Of a stretch of 54,066 nt of DNA, positions 11,384 through 20,067 are shown one piece after another. The notes under the pieces were generated by a model. It had not been told where the DNA came from and did no database searches. It saw only the letters and a program-made list of their open reading frames with translations. Made by a program: the position numbers and the translations under genes. The DNA is taken from NCBI GenBank assembly GCA_005888465.1, contig VAYJ01000056.1, positions 1 through 54,066 of the forward strand. Reading direction: 5' to 3'. Every line of letters begins with the position of its first letter. Within the stretch, counting starts at the first letter, position 1. This DNA is from Actinomycetota bacterium (GTDB taxonomy: Bacteria > Actinomycetota > UBA4738).

Positions 11384-12455
11384 GTGACCGACCAGACCGA
11401 ACGGATCGACGGGCTAGCGCGGCGTGTCGACAACGCAAAGGAGTACCTTTGACGTCGAGCGCAAGCGGGCGCGCGCGGCCGAGCTCGAGCGGGAGATCGC
11501 CGAGCCCGGCGTCTGGGACGACCCGGCCCGCGGCCAGAAGCTCACCACCGAACTTGCCCGCCTGAACGACACGCTCGGCCGCCAGGACCATCTGTCGAAG
11601 CAGCTCGCAAACCTTCGCGTCACCGACGAGCTGCTCGCGGGCGAGGACGCTCCCGACCTCGCGAAGGAGCTGGCGGCGAACCTCTCCTCGCTCGAGGCCG
11701 AGCTCAACAAGCTCGAGCTCGCGAACCTCCTCTCCGGCGAGTACGACACCGGGGACGCCGTGGCGAGCCTGCATGCGGGCGCCGGCGGGGTCGACTCGCA
11801 GGACTGGGCCGAGATGCTCCTTCGCATGTACCTGCGCTGGGCCGAACGCGAGGGACTGAAGGCGGAGCTCGACGAGGTGCTACCCGGCGAGGAGGCCGGC
11901 ATCAAGAGCGCGACCTTCACGCTCTCCGGCCCGAACGCCTACGGCTTTCTCGCCGCCGAGCGCGGCGTCCACCGGCTCGTGCGTCTCTCGCCCTACGACT
12001 CGGCGCACCGCCGGCACACGTCCTTCGCGAGCCTCGACGTCATCCCGCTTCTCGCCGAGGACGAGACCGAGATCGAGATCGACCCCAAGGACCTCCGGAT
12101 CGACACCTACCGTTCCTCCAGTGTCACGCACCTCCCGACCGGGATCACGGCGGCGTGTCAGAACGAGCGCTCGCAGATGCAGAATCGCGCCGTCGCGATG
12201 CGCATCCTCGTTGCGCGACTCGCCGAGCGAGCACGGCGCGAGCAGATCGAGAAGCTCGAGAAGCTTCGGGGCCAGCAGATGGGGATCGACTTCGGATCAC
12301 AGATCCGGTCGTACGTGCTCCACCCCTACCGGCTGGTGAAGGACCATCGAACCGGCCTCGAGGTCGGCAACGTCGATGCCGTGCTGGACGGGGACCTCGA
12401 GCCGTTTATCGAAGCCGAGCTGCATCGCCGGGCGACGAAGCGTCCCCCGGCTTGA
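11384..12455 (+). CDS. prfB: peptide chain release factor 2 (two-frame gene: 11384-11449 then +1 shift, 11451-12455); GGQ segment missing
   Basis: Frame 0 reads MTDQTERIDGLARRVDNAKEYL followed by TGA. The +1 frame continues DVERKRARAAELEREIAEPGVWDD...SPYDSAHRRHTSFA...CQNERSQMQNR...IRSYVLHPY. Where RF2 normally has YRSSG-GGQ-VN.T.SAVR.THLPTG, the sequence reads YRSSSVTHLPTG (around 12111-12140). Confidence 0.9.
11438..11453 (+). promoter_or_regulatory. prfB programmed +1 ribosomal frameshift site
   Basis: AAGGAG-TAC-CTT-TGA-C: internal Shine-Dalgarno-like element, 3-nt spacer, slippery CTT and in-frame TGA followed by C. This is the same layout as the E. coli prfB site. Confidence 0.85.
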
Positions 12456-13725
12456 CGGCCTTGAAGATCATCTCCGACGCGCCGACGTACTGGACGTCGA
12501 GGACGACCAGACCCATCGATTCGATCTCCTGACGCAGGCTCTGGCGCGTGTACGGGTTGATGTGCTCGGTCGCGTAGCCCTGCGGGAACACCTTCTTGTA
12601 CATTCCCTCCAGCGTGCGCCAGATCCATCGTCCGTAGTCCGGGGTGCCGAGCACGAGCGTCCCGCCGGGCTGCAGCACGCGCACCATGTCCGACAGGACG
12701 ATCTCGTCGTGCGGGATGTGCTCGATCACCTCCGAGCAGATCACCGCGTCGAACGAGCCGTCGCCGAACGGAAGCTCCGAGAGCGACGCGGCGACCAGCT
12801 GGCGCCCCGGCGCCCGCATCCACCGGAGCTTTCGGATCTGCAGGTCCACGCCGACGGCCTGCGGCAGGCTCGCGAGGATCCGGCTCGACCCGCACCCGAT
12901 GTCAAGGATCCGGCTGCTGCCGTCCACCATGCTTCGGATGATCCGGAACCGGGCTCGCTGCCAGTACCGCTGCAGCGGGATCCAGCTGTCGAACGCGCGC
13001 GAGTCGTAGTCGGCGGCCTTCACGGAGTTGCGCAGCGCGATGAGCTTGCCCAAGGCTCGGACGTAGCCGAGGCTAAGCTGGGCGAGGTGCCCGCGGGCGC
13101 AGCGGCGCGACTGGCGATAGAAGAGCGGCACCTCGCGGATCGTCCAGCCCTGGCTGAACGCCTTCACCAGAAGCTCCTGCAGCGCGCCCAGGCCCTCCTG
13201 GCTGACGGGCCCGATGTCCTCGAGCACCCGCCGTCGGTACATCCGAAAGCCGCTCGAGAGGTCCCGGTAGGGGAGCGCGAGTGTGGTGCGATAGACGCGG
13301 TTGAGGACCCGGCTCGCGAGCTTGCGCGACGCCGACATCTCCGAGACGGCGCCCGAGACGTAGCGGGAGGCGATCAGGACATCGGCCTCGCGGCGGCGGA
13401 GCCAGAGGGTTCGGATGAACTCCGGGTGGTGGGAGAAGTCGGCGTCCATCGTGACCACCCACTGCCCGCGGGCGTTGGCGAGCCCCGCGTTCAGCGCGTG
13501 CCCGTACCCCGGCTCGTCGAAGTGCACGACCCGGCCGCCGGCCCGAACGACGAGGTCACCGGCCGCGTCGTCCTTCGGCGTGGCGACGACGACCTCGACG
13601 CTCGGCCCCACGACGGAGGCCAACACCGAGGAGACCCGCGGGAGGAGACGGCCGAGGCTGTGCTCCCCGTTCCAGACGGGGATCACCACGGACAGCTCGA
13701 TAGAGGTGGCAGGGGATTCGCTCAT
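12406..13725 (-). CDS. fusion protein: family 2 glycosyltransferase (Dpm1-like) + class I SAM-dependent methyltransferase
   Basis: N-terminus [27 protein letters not shown] (GT2). C-terminus [36 protein letters not shown] (methyltransferase). The 3' end overlaps the prfB 3' end by 50 nt, convergently. Confidence 0.8.
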   Translation of the reverse strand: MSESPATSIELSVVIPVWNGEHSLGRLLPRVSSVLASVVGPSVEVVVATPKDDAAGDLVVRAGGRVVHFDEPGYGHALNAGLANARGQWVVTMDADFSHHPEFIRTLWLRRREADVLIASRYVSGAVSEMSASRKLASRVLNRVYRTTLALPYRDLSSGFRMYRRRVLEDIGPVSQEGLGALQELLVKAFSQGWTIREVPLFYRQSRRCARGHLAQLSLGYVRALGKLIALRNSVKAADYDSRAFDSWIPLQRYWQRARFRIIRSMVDGSSRILDIGCGSSRILASLPQAVGVDLQIRKLRWMRAPGRQLVAASLSELPFGDGSFDAVICSEVIEHIPHDEIVLSDMVRVLQPGGTLVLGTPDYGRWIWRTLEGMYKKVFPQGYATEHINPYTRQSLRQEIESMGLVVLDVQYVGASEMIFKAVKPGDASSPGDAARLR

Positions 13726-13846
13726 TGGTGCTCCACGCGCTGAGGGATTGTACCCAACCCTTCGTTCCGTTCACGTGGAGGCTTTGTTACCATCGGGGCT
13801 CTCCCTACAGAAAGCTCTCCCTCCGTCCGATGGAAGCGTCGCCCAC

Positions 13847-14533
13847 ATGATCAGACTCGACAACGTCACCAAGGTCTACAAGGACTCCGTCAAGGCCCTC
13901 GTCGAGGTCTCCCTGGAGATCGGCAAGGGCGAGTTCGTGTTCATCGTCGGCCCGTCGGGCTCCGGCAAGTCCACGATGATCCGGCTGCTCCTGAAGGAGG
14001 AGGAGCCGACGAAGGGCGAGATCTTCGTGGCCGGCAAGAACATCGGGCGGCTGTCGCCGTGGAAGGTGCCGTACCTCCGGCGGAACATCGGCACGGTCTT
14101 CCAGGACTTCAAGCTGCTCTCGGACAAGACGGTGTTTCAGAACGTCGCGTTCGCGCTCGAGGTGATTGGCAAGGCCAAGCACGACATCGCGGTGCGCGTG
14201 CCCGAGGCGCTCGACTTGGTCGGCCTGAAGGACAAGGTGGGCAACTATCCGAACGAGCTGTCGGGCGGCGAGCAGCAGCGCGTCTCGATCGCGCGGGCGT
14301 TCGTCAACCGCCCGCTGATCCTGCTCGCCGACGAGCCGACGGGGAACCTCGACCCGGGGACATCGGTCGACATCATGAAGCTCCTCGACCGGATCAACCG
14401 CACGGGGACGACCGTGATCATGGCGACGCACGACAACGCGATCGTCGATGCGATGCGCCGGCGCGTGATCGAGCTGGACGGCGGCCACCTGGTGCGCGAC
14501 CAGGCCCGCGGGGTGTACGGGTATGGCGCGTAG
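13847..14533 (+). CDS. ftsE: cell division ABC transporter ATP-binding protein FtsE
   Basis: [11 protein letters not shown], Walker [10 protein letters not shown], signature [14 protein letters not shown], Walker [13 protein letters not shown]. Followed by ftsX. Confidence 0.93.
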   Translation: MIRLDNVTKVYKDSVKALVEVSLEIGKGEFVFIVGPSGSGKSTMIRLLLKEEEPTKGEIFVAGKNIGRLSPWKVPYLRRNIGTVFQDFKLLSDKTVFQNVAFALEVIGKAKHDIAVRVPEALDLVGLKDKVGNYPNELSGGEQQRVSIARAFVNRPLILLADEPTGNLDPGTSVDIMKLLDRINRTGTTVIMATHDNAIVDAMRRRVIELDGGHLVRDQARGVYGYGA

Positions 14534-15401
14534 GGTCGACTACTACTTCAAGGAGACGCTGCAGGGCCTGAGGCGAAACGGCCTGGTGGCGTTCGCGGCC
14601 GTCTCCACGGCGTTCATCGCCCTGTTCCTGGTGGGCGGCGCGCTGCTCGTCGGGAGCGAGGTCGGCCTCCTCATCGCGAAGACCGAGGCGAACGTCGAGG
14701 TCTCCGTGTTCCTGACGAACGACATCCCGCCGTCCCAGCAGGCGAACCTGCAGCAGATGCTGGAGACCATGCCGCAGGTGCAGAGCGTCCACTACGAATC
14801 CAAGCAGGAGGCCTATCAACGATTCCTGAGCTTGTACGCAGACCAGAAGGCGCTGATCTCGAACGTCTCGCCGGACGCGCTCCCGGCGTCCTTCCGCGTC
14901 AAGCTCAAGGACCCGAGCCAGTTCGACGTCGTCGCCGTGCAGCTCGAGGGCCAGCCGGGGATCGACCGGATCGTGGATCAGCGCGCGCTGCTGAACCGGC
15001 TCTTCGCGGTGACCCGCGTCTTCCGCGTGGGCGTGCTGGTCGTTGCCATCATCATGCTCGTGAGCGCAGCAGCCCTGATCGGGAACACGGTGCGCCTGGC
15101 GGTCTTCAACCGGCGCAAGGAGATCGGGATCATGCGGCTGGTCGGGGCCACGAGCTGGCACATCCGCATGCCGTTCCTGATCGAGGGGACGATCGAGGGG
15201 CTCCTCGGGGCGGGCGCCGCGATCCTCGGCCTGTTCATCATGAAGGTCAGCTTCATCGATCCGCTCCGTGGCAAGATCGGGTTCTTCCCGCTCGTGGGGA
15301 CGCCGCAGATCGTCCACACCGTGCCGTACCTACTGGGGGGCGGCGTCCTCGTCGCCGGAGTGGCGAGCATGCTCGCGATGCGCCGGTTCCTCGAGGTCTG
15401 A
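14523..15401 (+). CDS. ftsX: cell division permease-like protein FtsX
   Basis: [15 protein letters not shown]-terminus, periplasmic domain, then three C-terminal TM helices ([11 protein letters not shown]...). Overlaps ftsE by 11 nt. Confidence 0.9.
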   Translation: MARRVDYYFKETLQGLRRNGLVAFAAVSTAFIALFLVGGALLVGSEVGLLIAKTEANVEVSVFLTNDIPPSQQANLQQMLETMPQVQSVHYESKQEAYQRFLSLYADQKALISNVSPDALPASFRVKLKDPSQFDVVAVQLEGQPGIDRIVDQRALLNRLFAVTRVFRVGVLVVAIIMLVSAAALIGNTVRLAVFNRRKEIGIMRLVGATSWHIRMPFLIEGTIEGLLGAGAAILGLFIMKVSFIDPLRGKIGFFPLVGTPQIVHTVPYLLGGGVLVAGVASMLAMRRFLEV

Positions 15402-15404
15402 GCG

Positions 15405-15884
15405 GTGGCCGGGAACCCGGCCGATCGCACCGTCGCCACGAACCGCCGCGCCCGGCACGACTACTCGATCGAGGAGACGTTCGAGGCCGGGATGGTCCTA
15501 ACCGGGCCCGAGGTGAAGTCCCTGCGCGCCGGCCGCGCGACGCTCACCGACGCTTTTGCCCGCGTGGACGAGAGCGGCACCGGCCTGTGGGTCGAGAACC
15601 TGCACATCCCCCCCTACGAGATGGCGGACACGCGCGCGTACGAGGCGAAGCGACCCAGGAAGCTGTTGGTGCACCGCGAGGAGATCGGGCGGCTCATCGG
15701 CAAGACCGCCGAGCGCGGCCTCACGCTCGTTCCCCTGAAGATCTACTTCACGCGGGGCATGGCGAAGATGGAGCTCGGGCTCGGTCGCGGCAAGCGGCAG
15801 TTCGAGAAGCGCCAGACGCTCGCCGAGCGCGAGCACCGCAGGGAGGTGGAACGCGCCCTCGGCGCCCGACGGCGGGAACGCTGA
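15405..15884 (+). CDS. smpB: SsrA-binding protein SmpB
   Basis: NRRARHDYSIEETFEAGMVLTGPEVKSLR, PYEMADTRAYEAKRPRKLLVHREEI, GLTLVPLKIYFTRGMAKMELGLGRGK. Lies directly upstream of the tmRNA. Confidence 0.95.
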   Translation: MAGNPADRTVATNRRARHDYSIEETFEAGMVLTGPEVKSLRAGRATLTDAFARVDESGTGLWVENLHIPPYEMADTRAYEAKRPRKLLVHREEIGRLIGKTAERGLTLVPLKIYFTRGMAKMELGLGRGKRQFEKRQTLAEREHRREVERALGARRRER

Positions 15885-15924
15885 GCCCCGCCTCCTATAC
15901 TGGTCTCGCTTGAGAACTGCATAT

Positions 15925-16277
15925 GGGGGTGAACAGGCTTCGACCTGGGTGCGAACCACCTGGGGGAAGCGGGCCGAGGTCTCCGGATGCCTCGTTAAAA
16001 GCCGGAACACGAACAAACGCCAACTCTGACATGGCGCTTGCTGCCTAGCTAACCGCTGGCAGCCGTCCGCCGCGGATCGCCTGTGTCCGCGGGCCGGGCG
16101 TCGCGAGCAGGCTCACGGTTGCGGTCTCGCCAGTCGGCCGCCGCCGGACATCGCTGACCGGCTGGCCTCGAGGACCTCCGCCGGTGGGAGCCTCGGGGCG
16201 ACACTACCCCGCCGGCTACGCCCGTAGAAGACCCAGATGGACGCCCGGGGACGCGGGTTCGATTCCCGCCACCTCCA
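15925..16277 (+). ncRNA. ssrA: transfer-messenger RNA (tmRNA)
   Basis: 5' GGGGGTGAACAGGCTTCGAC. 3' GGACGCGGGTTCGATTCCCGCCACCTCCA, a tRNA-Ala-like T-arm and acceptor with G3-U. Internal tag frame ends ..GCC AAC TCT GAC ATG GCG CTT GCT GCC TAG (..ANSDMALAA). CCA is not fully encoded. smpB is adjacent. Confidence 0.92.
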
Positions 16278-16307
16278 CTCTCAACGGCTTAGAGACGGTC
16301 TCCAGGA

Positions 16308-16769
16308 TCAGGAGGTCTTATTCGCGCTCCAGGAGCCACCGCCCGCCGGAGTCTGGTAGCTGCCGGACATCGAGCTGCCGGAAACCGACCCCGTATAGGT
16401 GATCCCGGGACCGCCCACCGTGCCGAACTGGATCGCGCTGCCGTTCACCGTTCCGTGGATGCTGAGCGTGTCGGACGGGGAAGACAGTGTGATGCTGCCG
16501 CTCAAGACCGATCCTGTCTGTTGCCAGTTCAGGGTGAAGCTTCCCGAGTAGGTTCCGCTGTATTGCCCCGACCATGTTCCGGAGAGGGCGCTGCCGTTCG
16601 CCGGCGCTGATGGCGTGGTAGACGCCGCGGCTGAGGGTGGCGTCGAGCTACCCCCCGTGTTGGGGTTGTTGTTGCCCCCGCAGCCGGAGACCAACAGGGC
16701 CACGCCAATCGCTAGGCCGAAGGTCATGAGGGCGACACGCGACCTCCACAAGCTCTTCTGTCCACTCAT
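16308..16769 (-). CDS. small secreted lipoprotein, Ser/Gly/Thr-rich
   Basis: Signal peptide with lipobox (ALLVSGC) counted from ATG 16769. The mature part is repetitive: SGTWSGQYSGTYSGSFTL... Confidence 0.65.
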   Translation of the reverse strand: MSGQKSLWRSRVALMTFGLAIGVALLVSGCGGNNNPNTGGSSTPPSAAASTTPSAPANGSALSGTWSGQYSGTYSGSFTLNWQQTGSVLSGSITLSSPSDTLSIHGTVNGSAIQFGTVGGPGITYTGSVSGSSMSGSYQTPAGGGSWSANKTS

Positions 16770-16910
16770 GACCCCTCCGGTCACTCGGTGTTTCCACAAG
16801 CGGGGCGATCGCCCGCTTCCAGGATCCAATCGTAAGTGACCCCGTCGCCCGATGCGGCCGTGCCTGTTCGGGCTGCGCCTTCATGGTCGCGCGCTTTCAA
16901 CCACGTTCGG

Positions 16911-16946
16911 CCAAGCTGTCTCTGCTTGGAGAAACGCTGGGATAAT
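16911..16946 (+). promoter_or_regulatory. candidate leaderless promoter (-10 GATAAT 16941-16946) with overlapping inverted repeat CCAAGC-N7-GCTTGG (16911-16929)
   Basis: GATAAT ends 7 nt before ATG 16953 and there is no Shine-Dalgarno sequence. The palindrome sits where a -35 would be. Confidence 0.35.
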
Positions 16947-16952
16947 CCACCG

Positions 16953-17999
16953 ATGGCGTTAGGGCTCCGAACGCCGCTCTGCGACAGACTCGGAATCGAT
17001 GTGCCGATTCTCTCCGCCGGAATGGGATCGGTGGCCGGCCCCGATCTCGTGGCAGCGGTCTCCGAGGCCGGCGGTTTCGGCGTCCTTGGTGTCAGCGGCG
17101 CTTCCCCGGAGGTCGTCCAGGAGCGCATCGAGGGCACGCGGGCGCTGACGAGGCGCCCCTTCGGCGTCAACGTGATCATCGACGAGGTCGGGTGGGCGGC
17201 CTCGGAGGAGGATCGTGAGCTCGTGCGCGCTGAAGTCGTCACGGCGATCAACGAGCAGGTGGCGGCCGTGGTTCTGTTCTGGGGCGACCCGGCGCCGTAC
17301 GTCGAGCTGGCACATTTGAAAGGAGTGGTTCTCCTCCTCCAGGTCGGGTCGGTTGCCGAGGCGGAGCGCGCAGCCGCCGCGGGCGTCGACGCCGTCATCG
17401 CCCAGGGTGTCGAGGCGGGCGGGCATGTTCGAGGTACGACCTCGATCTGGGAGCTTCTCCCGGGGGTCGTGGCCGCCGTCTCGCCGCTTCCGGTGCTCGC
17501 ATCCGGCGGGATCGGCGACGGCGCCGGCATTGCCCGAGCAATCGGCCTAGGCGCCCAAGGTGTATCGCTCGGCTCGCGCTTCGTGGCGACTGATGAATCT
17601 CGGGCTCACCCAGAGTACAAGCGCCGCATCGTTCAGAGTGTCGCGAAGGACACCGTCTACACCGAGGACCTCTACGACATCTCGTGGCCCGGGGCCCCAA
17701 CACGCACGCTTCGCAATCGGACCTTCCACGAGTGGGATGCCGCAGGACGCCCGCGACCGGGCCATCGTCCAGGCGAAGGGACGTGTGTCGGCGTGATGCG
17801 CCTGCCCTCAGGCGTGAAATTCGAGTTGCCGCGATACGCGGGGGCCGGCTCCCCGCTCGTCGGCTTCGAAGGCGATTTCGACTACCCGGCGATGTGGGCC
17901 GGAGAGTCTGTCGAGGTTGTGAACGACGTGCTGCCCGCGGCCGAGATCGTCCGGAGGCTAGCCAAGGACGCTGCCGCGGCAATCGGGCAGCCGTCGTAG
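16953..17999 (+). CDS. nitronate monooxygenase family (NMO/FabK-like FMN oxidoreductase)
   Basis: PILSAGMGSVAGPDLVAAVSEAGGFGVLG, FGVNVI, DAVIAQGVEAGGH, PVLASGGIGDGAGIARAIGLGAQGVSLGSRF. Confidence 0.85.
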   Translation: MALGLRTPLCDRLGIDVPILSAGMGSVAGPDLVAAVSEAGGFGVLGVSGASPEVVQERIEGTRALTRRPFGVNVIIDEVGWAASEEDRELVRAEVVTAINEQVAAVVLFWGDPAPYVELAHLKGVVLLLQVGSVAEAERAAAAGVDAVIAQGVEAGGHVRGTTSIWELLPGVVAAVSPLPVLASGGIGDGAGIARAIGLGAQGVSLGSRFVATDESRAHPEYKRRIVQSVAKDTVYTEDLYDISWPGAPTRTLRNRTFHEWDAAGRPRPGHRPGEGTCVGVMRLPSGVKFELPRYAGAGSPLVGFEGDFDYPAMWAGESVEVVNDVLPAAEIVRRLAKDAAAAIGQPS

Positions 18000-18283
18000 G
18001 TCTTCACGAGGCTTGCGTCCACGGCCTTGCCTGTGGTTCCCAAGTGAAGTGCGGCGGTTGCGTCGCTCATGCCAAACTCAGATAGGTAAAGGGCCTTGTC
18101 CGCCATAGTCTGATACGTCGGCGTGCGTGTTGTGCCGGCCAAGAGGTGGTCACTGGCAGCCGGGCGACCGTTCGAATTCTTTGCGTGCGGGTCCACGAAA
18201 GCAATGAATTCGAACCGCCGTCCGGCCCTCGGGATCCGGCGGCGTGTCGATCAGTGCTTCCGGCGGGCGATACGTGGCTCGGG

Positions 18284-19501
18284 TCAGCCCGGCTCTGCAT
18301 AGATGCCCCGGCCGCTCCCATGGTCGAAGAAGTGAAGGTGCCCCGTGTCGACGTACAGCTCCAGTGCCTCTCCGACCCGAGCGGTCGTTCGCGGATTCAA
18401 CCGAGCCAGGAAGACGGACTTGCCGTGTGCAGCCACCTGCTCCAAGCCCTGAACGGCTTCTTGTCCCACGTCTGCGGCCAGCTCCTTCACGTCTTCCGTC
18501 ACCACGACCGGCGAATCAACCGAGAAGTGCACCACCACGTCTGATCCGAGCGCCTCGCGCAGCTCGACCGTCGCACGCATCCGTCGGTGCTCGAGCTCGC
18601 CGGACGCAAGGCGAGCGTCTTCAATGTCCTCCGGGCGCACCCCCAGGATGACCCGTTTGCCCTCGTAGGCGAGCAAACCGGGGCGCGTCGTGCCGATATC
18701 GTCCGGAAGCGCCAGGTGGAAGCCACCGAACTCCACATCGAGGGAGCCGTTCGACCGAGAGAGCGTGGCCTCGGTCAGGTTCATGGCGGGTGATCCGATG
18801 AAGCCGGCCACGAAAAGGTTGACGGGATGCTCGTAGAGGTACTGGGGCGCTTCGACCTGCTGGAGGACCCCTTTGCGGATGACCGCCACCCGGTCGCCCA
18901 TCGTCATGGCCTCTGTCTGATCGTGTGTCACATAGATCGTGGTAACGCCCAACTCCCGCTGGATCCGAGCGATCTCCGAGCGCATCTGGACGCGCAGCTT
19001 GGCGTCCAGGTTGGAGAGGGGCTCGTCCATGAGGAAGGCCTGAGGGTTCCGGACGATGGCTCGTCCCATGGCCACACGCTGCCGCTGTCCGCCGGACAGG
19101 GCCTTCGGCTTGCGCTTCAGCAGCTCGTCGAGGCCTAAGATCCGAGCGGCATCGCGCACCCGCCCGTCGATTTCCTCCTTGGAAAGCTTCCTCAGCTTGA
19201 GCCCGAAGGCCATGTTGTCGTACACCGTCATGTGCGGATAGAGCGCGTAGTCCTGGAACACCATGTCGATGTCCCGCTCCTTGGGCTGGAGGTCGTTGAC
19301 GACCCGCTCTCCAATCCGGATCGTCCCGTGAGTGAGTGACTCGAGTCCGGCCACCATCCGAAGTGCCGTGGTCTTGCCGCAACCCGACGGCCCGACGAGC
19401 ACGATGAACTCCCCGTCGTGAATCTCGATGTTGAGCTCTGAAACCGCCGTCGTCCCATCGGGGAACGACTTGGTGACGTGGTCCAGGACGATCTCCGCCA
19501 T
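18284..19501 (-). CDS. sugar ABC transporter ATP-binding protein (MsiK/UgpC/MalK type)
   Basis: MAEIVLDHVTKSF, Walker A GPSGCGKTT, LSGGQRQRVAMGRA, FLMDEPLSNLDA, and a C-terminal TOBE-like regulatory domain. Confidence 0.92.
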   Translation of the reverse strand: MAEIVLDHVTKSFPDGTTAVSELNIEIHDGEFIVLVGPSGCGKTTALRMVAGLESLTHGTIRIGERVVNDLQPKERDIDMVFQDYALYPHMTVYDNMAFGLKLRKLSKEEIDGRVRDAARILGLDELLKRKPKALSGGQRQRVAMGRAIVRNPQAFLMDEPLSNLDAKLRVQMRSEIARIQRELGVTTIYVTHDQTEAMTMGDRVAVIRKGVLQQVEAPQYLYEHPVNLFVAGFIGSPAMNLTEATLSRSNGSLDVEFGGFHLALPDDIGTTRPGLLAYEGKRVILGVRPEDIEDARLASGELEHRRMRATVELREALGSDVVVHFSVDSPVVVTEDVKELAADVGQEAVQGLEQVAAHGKSVFLARLNPRTTARVGEALELYVDTGHLHFFDHGSGRGIYAEPG

Positions 19502-19511
19502 GCTGCCTCCT

Positions 19512-19742
19512 CTACGTTTCTCCGGCCCTTGCCTGTTCCCTGCGGCGTTCGACGAGATGATCGGCGATGCCGATGCTCGTGAAGGGCAGGACCGGCGCTC
19601 CCAAGACGACCACATCCCCTCCCAACCGAAGGAGCAAGAACGTGTAGACGGTGATTGCCGCCACGGCGATGGCCCGAGCCTTCCAGCTGTGGTCCCGCTC
19701 CAGACGAAGAGCAGCCGCACCGCCGGCGCCCATCCCGGCCAT
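19512..19742 (-). CDS. small membrane protein (76 aa)
   Basis: The ATG shares one base with the stop of the upstream small ORF (TGATG). One clear hydrophobic helix, AIAVAAITVYTFLLLRLGG. GC3-rich codons. Confidence 0.45.
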   Translation of the reverse strand: MAGMGAGGAAALRLERDHSWKARAIAVAAITVYTFLLLRLGGDVVVLGAPVLPFTSIGIADHLVERRREQARAGET

Positions 19743-20062
19743 CACTCCGGTGACGGCATCGCCGGCCAGGGCGGACACGGGGATGCCAGCAGCATCGCCT
19801 TGACCACGGCACCGGGCGCCCGCGGGTGACCCGAGAGGAAGGCCAGGATCATGAACACGAACGGCACTAGCACCAGCCCCAGGGCGAACGCGGCGCCCGG
19901 ATTGGGTACGTGCGCCGACGTCGACGCCGACGCAACCATCCCCGCCAGCAATGACCAGTAGGCGGGCACGAACGCCAAGGTGGCCATCGTGATGGCCAAC
20001 CACTTGCGGCGTGGGGAGAGGGGAATCGTCGTCTCCCAGGTGGAACGACGGGATCCGGCCAT
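19742..20062 (-). CDS. small membrane protein (106 aa)
   Basis: ATG 20062 lies 6 nt after the permease stop. Hydrophobic helices WLAITMATLAFVPAYWSLLAGMV and AFALGLVLVPFVFMILAFL. Confidence 0.5.
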   Translation of the reverse strand: MAGSRRSTWETTIPLSPRRKWLAITMATLAFVPAYWSLLAGMVASASTSAHVPNPGAAFALGLVLVPFVFMILAFLSGHPRAPGAVVKAMLLASPCPPWPAMPSPE

Positions 20063-20067
20063 GGCAC

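Noticed and set aside
12100-12140. GGQ-less RF2 as a consequence of UGA reassignment
   Set aside because: TGA terminates many well-supported genes here (ahcY, selD, JAMM, chrB-like and others) and is the stop in the prfB autoregulatory site, so UGA is a stop codon in this genome.
17882-18196. 104-aa minus-strand ORF as an intact gene
   Set aside because: Its last 118 nt are antisense to the well-supported NMO gene and it lacks any catalytic domain. It is mentioned only as a possible remnant.
19742-19800. Frameshift within a single small membrane-protein gene
   Set aside because: A TGATG stop/start overlap with an in-frame ATG gives two coupled ORFs without invoking an error. The single-gene alternative is kept only as a caveat in the findings.
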